From Trichosphaerium sp. ATCC 40318 (Eukaryota > Protista > Tubulinea), in contig JALMLS010000211.1 in assembly GCA_038496445.1 (NCBI GenBank), forward strand, positions 62,001 through 126,000: a DNA stretch of 64,000 nt, written 5' to 3'. The notes beneath the pieces are model-generated. The model had not been told where the DNA came from and made no database searches. It worked only from the letters and a program-made list of their open reading frames with translations. Within the stretch, counting starts at the first letter, position 1; each line of letters opens with the position of its first letter. Both the position numbers and the translations under genes were made by a program. This document shows, piece after piece, positions 52,101 to 63,669 of this stretch.

Positions 52101-52499
52101 TGAAAGCAAAAGTTGAGCAATGCCAACGCAGTTTCATTGAAACCTCTGTATTTAAAATATTAAAGTTACTATATTTTGTATTAATTAGATTCCTACAAAT
52201 GTCCAGGTTACTCGATTCTGTTGGTACTGCCCAAAGAACAATTTAATGGTGGCTCGGATTGGCTTTTTTAGCAACAACTCGGCTTTCAAACAAGAGTAAA
52301 GTTGTACTTACACCAATTGGGTTTGTAATTAGTCCTTTTCCAAGTTTTTCAAAGTCTTTAAAAAGGCGAAGATATTAATCATAACGACCAGAATATTTGC
52401 GTTACCTCAAAAACAGTTTTTGTTTCACGGAGGGCATGTCCAAATTCTAAATAGGTCAATCCATGTCTTAGTTTGGAAATGTCGAAGTATACCAATTGC

Positions 52500-52660
52500 T
52501 GATACACTGTAATTACCCACATATACGAAGTGGAGAATATAAGAAGTGGCCAATAGAGGGTACAAAGTAATTACACCAATGGTATATGCAACGGAGAATA
52601 CAAGGATTAGCATTCAAATGGTCAATTGAGAGCATAGTGATTACACAGTGGTAAACGAGA
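52500..52660 (+). pseudogene. MORN-variant repeat remnant
   Basis: SGEYKKW and NYTNGICNGEYKD*HSNGQLRA* with stops and frameshifts. Confidence 0.6.
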
Positions 52661-53421
52661 ACAAGTATGGAATTGCTGAAAACGGCGTTAAACCCTTGAA
52701 TGATATGTACAAATGTCTGTTTGGTGTACAACCCTCAAAACTAACAACATCTTTCGAGTGTAGAATGACTGCAACATGGATAGCTCTCACCTATATGCCT
52801 CTAAGTCATGGCTGTACACGTGTTTTATCGTTACAGACGTTTGGGTAAAACTTGGTATGACTCACATAAATCAACTACAAACGCCTACAACGTGTATACA
52901 GAACATGGCGAGCAGCAATCACCCACATCCCACCCAAAAAATTTCCTTTTCAGCTTTGTTTTTAAAAAACCTGTAAAACTTTCTTTTATTTTCCAAGTGT
53001 TTCTTGTACAATAGATAACAAATGCTTGGCGCTGCGCTAGAGCCACAAGATATTTTGTCTTCCTCCCAACATCGTCTAAGTTGAGTCCCCTTTGGTTAGT
53101 TGATAGAAGAGAATAGTAGTATTAGTGTTATACTCTAACGCACCAATACAACCAAGATTACTTGTAGCAACAGCTGCTTTTTATAACAAGGCAGTCAGTT
53201 AGTGTTCTGTTTTGTTTCTTCTTTAGACTTGTTAAACAATAAACGATCATAATCCCAAAAACCTTACTCGCGCTTGTTTTTGGTAGAAAATGAATTGCTT
53301 GAACAACCCGTTCAAGTTAAGAAAAAAAACTCAAGGAGAGATCATGAAGGGTGATGAATCCAAAACGAAACATAATTGTAATGTGAAGGGTTTATTACAA
53401 TAAACATTGTTAGTTGTACGT

Positions 53422-53763
53422 TTACACGCAATCAATATATGAAGTGTCTTGAATCCTTATTTTAAGGCCAATACATCCACGATCGAGGCATGAACGGCAT
53501 TTCTTTGATCCTGATACTTTGTTTACACCAGGATAGTTCTTGTCTGGGCAATCGAATATATGCTCTTTACAGAGCAAGTCTCCATTATCTCTCCCTACAC
53601 TCTTCGTTAAAAGACACAAGTTCAACAAGCAATTGTTCAAAGAGCTTGGTTGTATTGTTGTATGTGACGTACTGTACTTTCTGGAGCATACAGGGCAGGC
53701 TGACTGAGCTTCGGCAATGTAAAGCAAGCAAAGGGCAACAGCGAAGAGTATTATGAGTTTCAT
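53422..53763 (-). CDS. Small secreted cysteine-rich protein, copy A (probable 78-nt in-frame intron)
   Basis: Signal peptide MKLIILFAVALCLLYIAEA; CxxC...C...C...CxxC...C...C. Confidence 0.85.
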   Translation of the reverse strand: MKLIILFAVALCLLYIAEAQSACPVCSRKYSTSHTTIQPSSLNNCLLNLCLLTKSVGRDNGDLLCKEHIFDCPDKNYPGVNKVSGSKKCRSCLDRGCIGLKIRIQDTSYIDCV

Positions 53764-54796
53764 GTTTTAGGGGAGTAGTTGTTTGTATTGTTGTTGTTAA
53801 GAACTATGTGTGTCTATTTGAAGGTGCACAGCCCACATTTTTGTGAGTTACTTCAGCTACTTCACGACACTCCCCGCGCCACGGAACTATTCATATTCTA
53901 AATTCAAAGACCATAATCTCGTATTGTAGGTGTTTTGCCTCTCTTTGAACCTATCGGGAAAACATCGGAAAAACAAAACAGCCATTAACTGAAAACTGTG
54001 TGAGAGAATCTCCCGACCTCTATTTTTTTGATTGTATACTGTATGTTACTTAGTTGCTTTGATGGGTATACAGTAAAGGGTTATAATTTAATATCTATAT
54101 ATATATGAAGGTCGCAGCATGTACACGCAGTTTCCTCACTTTATTTCACGTGTACACGTTTTTTCCCTGTGATATTGGCGACTACTTTAGGAATCCTTGT
54201 AGGTTTGTATGACTGATTGTTTGAACGTCTTGTTCTAATTTAGCTATTTTTTTTCACATCAATATTCACGCCATACCCACCAATAGCTTACTATTTTTGA
54301 GCGAACGTCGGAGTCGTGTACCTAGCGAAGTGATGGCCTGATTGGAGGGAAGAGAGCTCTTTTCTCGATGTCCCACATTCGAACTTACTAGAACAATTAC
54401 CGCTGTCCTGGACCGCTGTGTTACCTCGGAAATTCTCGTGTAGTTTTCACGAATAGCGTAGAGTAAAGGAGTGGCGTTTGCCCTTTGTCACATTCTTGTT
54501 TAATCTTACAGCTAGACAGCTAAGTTTCAACTTTGTCGCCTTATTGTTTCTGTTTCAGTTAAACAGTTTGGCTTTTTTTAAAGTTTATCCGATGAATCTC
54601 CGATTCTTAGGAGACCCTTCATAACGCTTTATGTAGCGTTGTGATAATTGCCACATAATTTTGGTTATTCTCCACTGGCGAGGAGGTGTCGTGTTTTTTT
54701 CACTGAAACATGTGTTTAGTTTTGAGGACTGTGCACCTTCAAATAGACACACATAGTTCTTAACAACAACAATACAAACAACTACTCCCCTAAAAC

Positions 54797-55126
54797 ATGA
54801 AACTCATAATACTCTTCGCTGTTGCCCTTTGCTTGCTTTACATTGCCGAAGCTCAGTCAGCCTGCCCTGTATGCTCCAGAAAGTACAGTACGTCACAACC
54901 AAGCTCTTTGAACAATTGCTTGTTGAACTTGTGTCTTTTAACGAAGAGTGTAGGGAGAGATAATGGAGACTTGCTCTGTAAAGAGCATATATTCGATTGC
55001 CCAGACAAGAACTATCCTGGTGTAAACAAAGTATCAGGATCAAAGAAATGCCGTTCATGCCTCGATCGTGGATGTATTGGCCTTAAAATAAGGATTCAAG
55101 ACACTTCATATATTGATTGCGTGTAA
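54797..55126 (+). CDS. Small secreted cysteine-rich protein, copy B (probable intron 54888-54953)
   Basis: Same as copy A except a 12-nt indel inside the putative GTACGT...TTTAAC...TAG intron. Confidence 0.85.
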   Translation: MKLIILFAVALCLLYIAEAQSACPVCSRKYSTSQPSSLNNCLLNLCLLTKSVGRDNGDLLCKEHIFDCPDKNYPGVNKVSGSKKCRSCLDRGCIGLKIRIQDTSYIDCV

Positions 55127-55907
55127 ACGTACAACTAACAATGTTTATTGTAATAAACCCTTCACATTACAATTATGTTTCGTTTTGGCTTCATCACCCT
55201 TCATGATCTCTCCTTGAGTTTTTTTTCTTAACTTGAACGGGTTGTTCAAGCAATTCATTTTCTACCAAACACTACAATGCATTGATATATGCCAGTTGCA
55301 CAGATTCGTGACTCAATAATACGCCCATAGGTATTGAAAAAAGTTTAACTTCATTGCCGTAGCGCAAGTTTCACTTCGGATCTATCGCAAATTAAATAGC
55401 GCAGACATCATACTAATTCTCTCTTGTTCAGAAGCAATTAAAACAATGTAGTGAACCCGCACCTTAGTCGCGTTACTAACAACAGATGGTAGTTGAGAAA
55501 GAAATAAATGTGAATAGTAGCGTTTATTAAGGAGAACTTCATTCAGCATTCATACCTGAGCTTGAACTCTGAAAAAATGAAAAACCAGAATAAAGTGAGA
55601 AGGAACAAATATGCGTTATATTTTGGAATATGTGCTTTGTCTATTTACTTTACAATTGCAACCCATATAAAAAAAAAAACTAATGTGTAATACATCCACA
55701 CACAATAATTATAAATGTCATGATAATTGATTCAAGTATCTACACGAGTAGACATCAAAAAATATTTTCGCTTAGCGAAGACTGTTTACTGACTTTTTTT
55801 TTTTTTCTTGCGAGGAATAAATAAAAAATAAGCCAAATAAACTGATCCGCAAAGAAACGAAGAAAGAAAATTTGTATGTGATAGAATACGTTCTGTTTTC
55901 TTTTTTT

Positions 55908-58355
55908 TTAGGCCACATTGTCTTCCAAGACAGTGAATCGCTTATCTTTATCCATGACAGCCTTTAATGGAGTGTATGCGAAACCAGGGAGTGGTTGACA
56001 TTCCAAAGATCCAGCGTAACGAGTAGAACCCCATCCTTGAACACCGATGTTTCCTTTTTGTCCCATCTCTACGATATCGCCGTTTTCTTCCATCAGAGCG
56101 ACCTAAGGAGATAGTATAAATATCATAGACATCGTATTTAGAACTGTAAAGCAAGAGGAAAGGGAAAGAAGTAAAGAAAGTTGAAAAGACTTACTCTGTT
56201 GAAAGGTAGACTTGATTTTGGTCCAAATTTACCGCCATGAGCCAAGTAGTTCTCATGAGTTTCTGCAAATATAACAGATACGTTTTGACTACCCATAGTA
56301 ATAACAACACGATCCAAATCAAGTTTTTCAATTACACTACAAAAAGTAAGAAAAAAAAAAAAAGAAAAAATATGGTACGTACTCTTTTACGAGTTGAGTG
56401 TCTGGGATGTCTCCAGGGTAACCAACAATAACAGCAGCGCGGAGAGATGATGTATCTGTAGTCTCTAGCATTTCACATTCCAACAATTGTCTAAAATTAG
56501 ATGCCATATCACAGAGCACTGTACCTCTAAAAAAAGAGATCAGCGAAAAAAACCTCCTAAACAAAAAGCTCTTTGCTTTTGATTGATGGCCGTACTTGTC
56601 CATATGGATAGTTCTCAATGTATGCTCAGGTGAGAAAACTTCCCAAGGAATAACAAAACGTGAACGGAAAGCCATAGTGATACCCCATCCTGAGATAAAA
56701 AATTAAATCCAAACGCTCAAAAGAAAATACCAAAAAAAAAATAAGGCGTACCGCAAACTAAACCAGCCGTTTGGTACGGTTGTAGATTAGATATAACACT
56801 ATCAGCCTCAGTAATACCAATCTTGTTACCAATAAAAATAGCACTATTCATAATAGCGTATTCATTCCAGTGTACAGGCTGTTGAAAAAATAAGTTATGT
56901 CAACAAGCGCTTTGCTATAATTGTACTTCTTGAACTTTCTCCATTGGGTGAGGGCACACAAACATATAAGGCACTCGAGGATCTGCTTCTCTGTCCATTT
57001 TTTTCCAAGGAGCGATAGTAGGAAGAGCATGATGGACAAACAAACTTCTTAAATTAATCATTCCTAAAAAAAAGAAATCAAAAAAAAAAATGTACATATT
57101 CTTTCTTAACAAAATTAAAAGATAATTACTCACCATCAATAGCACGTTTTCCTGTGTGTATTACATATTTTAACTCTTTAAGAACATCATGTGTATTTGT
57201 CTGAAAGTAAGGCGCTATAGATTTCAGAGTAAGGGATCTAATACGTTGTACATTTTTTGAAAAAAAATCAACAAAAAAACAAGAAGAAAACGTACTGCTG
57301 TTCAATAAAGGGAATGTTTCGTAAATGTTTTCCAGCTGGACGCTGTTACCGACCTTTGGTGCAAACATAAACAAACCAGGTCTGAACTTCTCCAAGGCAT
57401 CACTACGAACACAATAAGTTCCAAGCAACGCTTTAACGGTAAAGTACAAAAAAATCAAGAAAACAAACATTTGTCACAATAAAAACTGACAAACGCACAT
57501 TAGAGGTTGTCCATAAATTTGTGGTGGCACCATAGCTACAGGGTGTCTTTGTGATCTACAACCACCAACAATAGCAGCCCACTAGAGCAAAGTTTAGAGA
57601 CTTTTTGTTTAATACTTCCAATGTAATTAAATAGGTTACGTACAGCTTCGAGCTTGTTTGGCATGGCCATTGCGAAAGAAGTACCTTCAGCTCCACATGC
57701 TTCGCGCAAACCAGCAGCAATTGAATTAAAATCACCCTAATATGAGATGTTATTGAGCGAGTATTGTGCTTTTGGGTTGATTTAAAGCGATTCGGCGCAA
57801 TAATAGGTGACAATAATTCAAACAGCGCGCAATTCATCCGCATTAGCGTTAATTTACCTTAAATTCTTTCCATGTACGTAATACATCCTCATTTACTTGA
57901 CGCACGACACTTTTATGCTCGTACTCGCTAATTTGGTCGTCGACGGCCTGGCTGAACGTCTGCATTGTAGGACCATACTCCCACTCATCAACAACGTGAG
58001 TTGAAAGCCTTGATGATCTGAAGTCTTGAAAGAACGCTTGTTGTTCCTTGTAATCTACCGAGATGTTTAATTAACGACTTTCGTGAAGAAATAACTCACG
58101 CTCTAAAAGTTTAGGGCTATCTTGATACTTCTGTATCTTTTCAGCGTATACTTCAGCAGTGTCAACTGGTGTTGGTTCTGTCCACCGTGTTGGGTAACTG
58201 TTAATTTTTCCTCTCGTCTTGTTGTCTATGTTTCTGATTACGTTGTCTCTGGCACTTTGCTTTTTTGTTTGTACATAAGCATAAGAGCGCACCGCTTTGC
58301 GCGATTTAGAGCGGTGGCCTCTGCTACATACTCGCTGTGCAGTTCGTCCAAGCAT
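55908..58355 (-). CDS. Mitochondrial-targeted, degenerate AMP-binding acyl-CoA synthetase (ACSF2-like) homologue
   Basis: Arg/Ser-rich presequence MLGRTAQRVCSRGHRSKSR; similarity to ACSF2-type blocks (VVRQ...RTWKEF, LKELKYVIHTG, NTLLNSAIFIG, PYQTAGLVCG, GDIVEMGQKGNIGVQGW, AVMDKD); no TSGTTG loop. Confidence 0.65.
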
Positions 58356-58473
58356 TGTGTTAGGTAGCGTAGCGTAGATGGTCTAGAGTTCTTTCGTTTT
58401 CTACAGGCAAAATTTTGGCACAAAACGCTGTTTTATTGTCTTTATTACCAGCTAACCCTACACTTGGCTTACT

Positions 58474-59175
58474 ATGCTATTGGTAATTGTAGGTAAGGGA
58501 GACAAGACACTGTACGAGTATGAAGCTGAAAGCTCTCAGGTAGCCATTTTTTACACTAATAATACCGCTTGGTTACTGACACATCTGTAGCGACCACGAG
58601 AAGACAATTATTTAGGGCAGTTTATTTTACACTCAGCTTTAGACACTGTAGAGGAACGGATGTGGCAAAATGCGAGCTGGTAGCTACTATTTAACAACGT
58701 AGCCAGTTATTAACGTATTTAGGTTCTTAAAGCGTGTTGACACTAAAGCGTATAACAATTGCGACGTATGGTGCTTTGTTTCCGCTGGGCGTACGTTGTT
58801 TAAACGACAATTCTACAGCAAATAAAATTCTAATGGTACTTCAAATACTCACCAAACAACGTAGATACCAAATTCTTGCTTCTAATGCCAGTTAAAAACA
58901 AAAGCGAGGATACAATTAAAACATTTTTTTGGGAAGTTTATGAGCTCTACTTGAAGGCACGTGTCACTATCACAACATTTTATGCAATGTCAAAAAAATT
59001 TAATAATAATACGATCACTAGGTACTCATGAACCCATTCTACGAACCAAATAGCACTATAACATCCTCTACGTTTCACCAACGCGTAAAAGGTACCAACA
59101 CTTGAATCATTAGGCTCTTTACCTTCATTGCAACTGAGTGTTTTTGTAGGTATCATAAATAGAAAATTGTATTAA
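58474..59175 (+). CDS. TRAPPC2: TRAPP complex subunit 2 (sedlin/Trs20)
   Basis: LVIVGKGDKTLYE, QFILHSALDTVEERMW, FLKRVD, FVSAGHTKFLLL, IKTFFWEVYELYLK|VLMNPFYEPNSTITSSTF. Confidence 0.92.
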
Positions 59176-59512
59176 AAACCACGCAATTCGAACGTGAGAG
59201 AATCTATTAGAGAAAGATTTGTAATTACTATGTCTCTATGAAAGCATTTTTGAAAAAACCCTGTGTTTCACCGATTTAAACGCCACAGCAATACGCTGTA
59301 GTGTGTTTATACAACATCGGCTAAATAGTTACCGGCCTTACCTGAAACGGAAAGGATTTAACCGTACAGTTTATGTATGGTTTGCACATGCGTGGTTGAC
59401 CTGTTACCATTGGTTGTCGTGAGAGTTTAACATCTTGAGAAGCAAATAAGGCTTAGTACAAGTTAGGGGTAACTTAGCTTTTTCCGGATTTTTGTTTTAG
59501 TTTTTTCGTAAC

Positions 59513-60740
59513 ATGAGTACGGTATCAAATAACAAGGCTGCTTCTGGCCATTCTCATGCTCACCATCAATACAAAAAACTATCTAAGGAAGAAGCACGGT
59601 ATCTACTTCACGTAGATGCTGTATCTATCCCTACAGTAGCAGTCACAGTTATTGCTACATCTGTATTTCTACTATGCATCAAATTAGGTCCATTGCACGA
59701 TAATTGGGTGCGTACATGTTTGTATTCGCGTGAACTGATGAATTATAGCTTAATTGGCCCACTTGCGTATTAATTCAAGCGTTTTGTGCTTATGCAAACT
59801 TTACAGCAATGCACGATTCAGCACACAAGTCTCTTGGTAAAAACCGGTTAGCCAACGGGTTTTTTGGAAGGTACTAAAAAACGGCGTCACATTTTTACTT
59901 TGCCTCGAGATTTACTAAAATCAGAGTTGTAGGTTTGCCTGCTTAACTATGGGACCACATATTGTTTATGTTGCATTTCGTTATGTTCATTTAAAACATC
60001 ATAGATACACTAATGATCCACAACGTGATCCAGTAAGTGTTTCTTTTTTTCTTTTTTTTGAAATCAACAATCACGTGTTATGATTAAGCTAGCTTTAGGA
60101 TTATTGGGTTCACACTGGCGCTTTACTACCTTTAAGGTTTGCTACACTTGACTTATTTTACTACTATGATGTATTCAAAAACTGGAGAGATCATGCTATG
60201 AAAGATATTCTAGAAGCTCTTGTTTGGCTCGTAACAGGAATTGCAGTGTCAATATACCTCGCCAACTCTTGTTATTCTACCTATTTCTGGTAACAGCAAT
60301 AAGTCATCGGGTTGTGTGTTTACTGACACGTGATATAGGCTTCACTGGATGTTACCAGCACGCTTGGCAATTATGTTTTTGGCTTTTTCTTTTGATTGGT
60401 TACCTCATCGCGAAAATCAGGTACGTTTAATATTTATTGGCGTTCTGGTTGTCTTGTTACTTACACCGCTAGGTGACATTTTCAGAGGATAGGTATAATA
60501 CTACGTCCTTGCTAGTGTTTCCAATACAGGCATTATTCACTTGTTTGTTATTCTTTCAAGTACGCACTTTTTTTTCAATTACGGTCTAACTTCCATTTTT
60601 AGGACTATCATATAATGCACCATATGTACCCTAGGATACCTTTCTATAGATATACAACTGCGTGGGCAATGAAAAGAGACGAATGGTTACATCGTAAAGT
60701 ACCAGTGAGCTACCCATTAGGTGGAGGTAAAATACCATAA
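59513..60740 (+). CDS. Membrane di-iron desaturase/hydroxylase, CrtR (beta-carotene hydroxylase)-like
   Basis: His boxes HDSAH, HLKHH, FDWLPH, QDYHIMHHMYP; TNDPQRDPD. Confidence 0.88.
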
Positions 60741-60937
60741 AGCCCATAAAATACACTGTTTCCTCAAAAAAAGATCCAAGAAAACAATAAAAGCTATTTA
60801 TCAACATCACGTGCTTTTTACTTCAAGAAAAAAAACAATAGGCCACCTATTAAATTACTTTATCTTTCTCTTTTACAAGCGTGCGTACACGTGAAATATT
60901 TGTTGACGACATCGCATAAGCGACAGTTTTTTTTTTT

Positions 60938-62681
60938 TTACACTATACTTGCCCTCAACGTCGATTGTATTTCTTGTCGTAATGATTCTTCTTTGTCTTC
61001 GCCTATCCCATAAAAAAATTTACCATTACTGGCTACAAACGTTTATTTTTTTTGTTTTTTCGAGAATTTTTAAAAAACTATGTCTGTACCGGGATCCCAG
61101 TCAATAGCGCCTACAGGCTTATGTTTGCGTTTACCCTTAGGTGTATTAAGTCTTTTATGCTTCATCTTTGCTGAAACGTCGCTACTATTAGAACGCTGTA
61201 AAGGTGCCATTCCAGGTTTTCCTCCATTTTTGACTAGTTTCTTGATACTATCTGGCGCGCTTAATAATTCTGGGTCTGAATCTACTGCGTCTGCGCTCTT
61301 TGTTAGGCGATCTGCTTTACGGTCTTTGCTTTTATCCTTCTTTTTCTTATCCTTGTTCTTGTGTGACTTATCCTCCTTGTCTTTTTTTTTATCATCTTTT
61401 GATTCTTTTTTCTTATCTTCTTTTAACTCCTTTTTTTTATCATGATGATCCTTATCGTCTTTCTTACTCTTACTCTTTTTACTATCCTTTGGCGAATCAA
61501 CCTTCTTTATTTGAGGAGTGTTCTTTGTCGTTGGTGTTGTTGATGGCTTTGCTCTTGTCTCTTCAATAATAGGAGTAGGTGCACTACTTCTTAAGGAGTG
61601 TTCGGATAGATTTCTTTCGATTTGATGTATTTTCATAGATATTGGCGTTGAACTTTTTGGTAACACGTGTTTCTTTGGAGGTGTTTGAGGCGACTTTACA
61701 GGAGTCTTTGGTGGAGGTAATATAGGTTTTTTTGGCGGTGTTTTAGGTGTTTTCTTTGGAGGTTTCTTATACTTTCCTTTAAGAGTACCGGAGACAGCAG
61801 TAGCTTGGCTTTCACTACGTACACTCATTCTTCTCCTTGCAGCAACAAGCATATCAGATTGTATTGCTTGAGAACTACCACGTTTTCTTGTTAATTTCAT
61901 TCCAGCTATCCTTGGTAGAGGTGGAGGAGGTCTTGGTGGTGGCGCAGATGTAGATGATCCATCAGCGGGCATAGATTTAGGTGGAGGGATCCTTTAGAAA
62001 ACATGTGAACAGGAGTAATCGATTTTTTTTTTGGATATTTTTTTTTTTTTTTTTTTTCAATTTCGTTGTTTTAGAACCACCAGACTTTATGTTTTTCTTT
62101 TGAAAGCCATGACGTGGTTACAAAAAAATCTAAAAACGTTTTTTTGTTTTTTCGATTGAATGGATTTTTTTTTTGTCAGACAGCGATATAATCGCTGGAC
62201 GCGCATTATTTTGAGCGTCAAAAAGTAATTATAAAATAAACACGTGAAAAAGTATACCGGGCTTACTTTAGCATAGGTTGTAGAGCAGCTGCTGAATTTT
62301 TTCGATCTATTTGAAGTGTAGCCATAAGCTGGGCAAGCTTTTTTGCATGCTCCACCAAGAACTAATAATTTTGTTAGCACCGCTTTAGGTAGTTTCGAAA
62401 AGCAAAACTTTTTTTTTCTTTTTTCATTTAGGTCTTTGTAGTTTGGTAAAACGCTGTTTTGGGTTTAATACCTCGTGGTTGTCAGCATAACGGACTTCCT
62501 CTTTAAGCTCTTCAAATCGCGTTCGTAGCTCGCTTATCCATCTACCAAGTAGCTGCTTTATACCACTAAGCTTTTGGAGATCTTGCTGGGTTGGACTGCT
62601 CATGTTGCTCACCACATCAATTTCAACTGAATTACAAAAAAAGTGCAGTTTTCGCAAATAAGTGTCACTAGCGCTACCCAA
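60938..62681 (-). CDS. Pro/Lys-rich low-complexity protein with N-terminal helical region; 5' end uncertain
   Basis: 300-aa exon with PPPRPPPPLP, (PPKKxP)n and K/D-rich tract; last exon GEDKEESLRQEIQSTLRASIV*. Confidence 0.6.
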
Positions 62682-63242
62682 AAAACTCCTTGTACGTCTT
62701 TGCTAAGTTGAAAGAGTAGACACAAGATCAATTAATAATGGGTACTTCAGATCTTAATCTCCTTACTTTACAGCACCGGCAGCAAGTACGCAAACGCGAC
62801 TATACAACTTTCTAAACGCGCACGTGATATTTGAAGCCAAAACAAAAAATTACATAGCAATTTGTTTTACTGGTTACTAAACAACGCTGTAAATCACAAA
62901 GTAGTTTAAAAATGGCTCGGTTAGTTTTAACCGCCAGTGTATTTGTTCAAAAATAGCATCAGATACAATTAAAGCGCCCCGCAAGTGTTATACCGCGCTT
63001 GAGGCTCTATCTATTTATGAAAAATTATCACGTGAAAAAAAAAGTGAAGGCTTCTGTATTTAATACCTAATAAAACAGCTATCAGATGAGCTTTTCCATG
63101 ATGTAGTCTAGTCACAATATGTAATCAAACGCCACACCACGTGTAAAAAATCCTTTGATACTCCACTAGCAAATAGTTTTGCAATGTTATGTTGATAAGT
63201 GCGTAGTCATTTCACGTCAGTACTGTTTGGTTAGACATTGTC

Positions 63243-63669
63243 TTGCTTTCGAAGTCAATCAATTCTGGAATACTTGTCTTTTATGGCAAATATTTTCTGT
63301 ATATAATTCAAGCTTGGTTAGAGTCTCTAGCTAAAGGTTCATTTGGTGGACTAAAGGAAAGCAGAAAATTCAACAAAAGACTTTGGTATGAAAAGTCTCT
63401 GAAACCTCTTCTCCTTGCGTTGACACAACTAATACATCATGGCGGGTAACGCAGTAGTAATAAAAATGGTAATAAACGAAAAGTTCGAGAGAAGTGTCTA
63501 TGTCAACTTCAAACTTCTCAGTGGAAGCAGATCTGATGTTCATTACGTTCTCTCTGATTGGACTTCAAAAGGTTATGAAATTAAAACACACCAAGTTGTA
63601 TTAGGCGGACAGGCCGATTCTTCTGCAGCAGAAACACATTACTGGACGCTTCAAAAGACGAGGAGGTAA
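63243..63669 (+). CDS. Hypothetical protein or gene fragment
   Basis: Two overlapping ORFs with coding-like composition; structure unresolved. Confidence 0.3.

Larger units (their letters stand above)
53279..55269. repeat. Inverted duplication: arms 53279-53831 and 54729-55269 with about 900-bp spacer
   Basis: Arms are near-perfect reverse complements covering 5' leader, CDS and 3' flank. Confidence 0.95.

Noticed and set aside
62024-62057. Second long T tract as a retroposon tail
   Set aside because: Lies inside an intron of the Pro/Lys-rich gene with no adjacent foreign ORF or flanking repeat; it also shows that long homopolymers occur here, which tempers the 4239 finding
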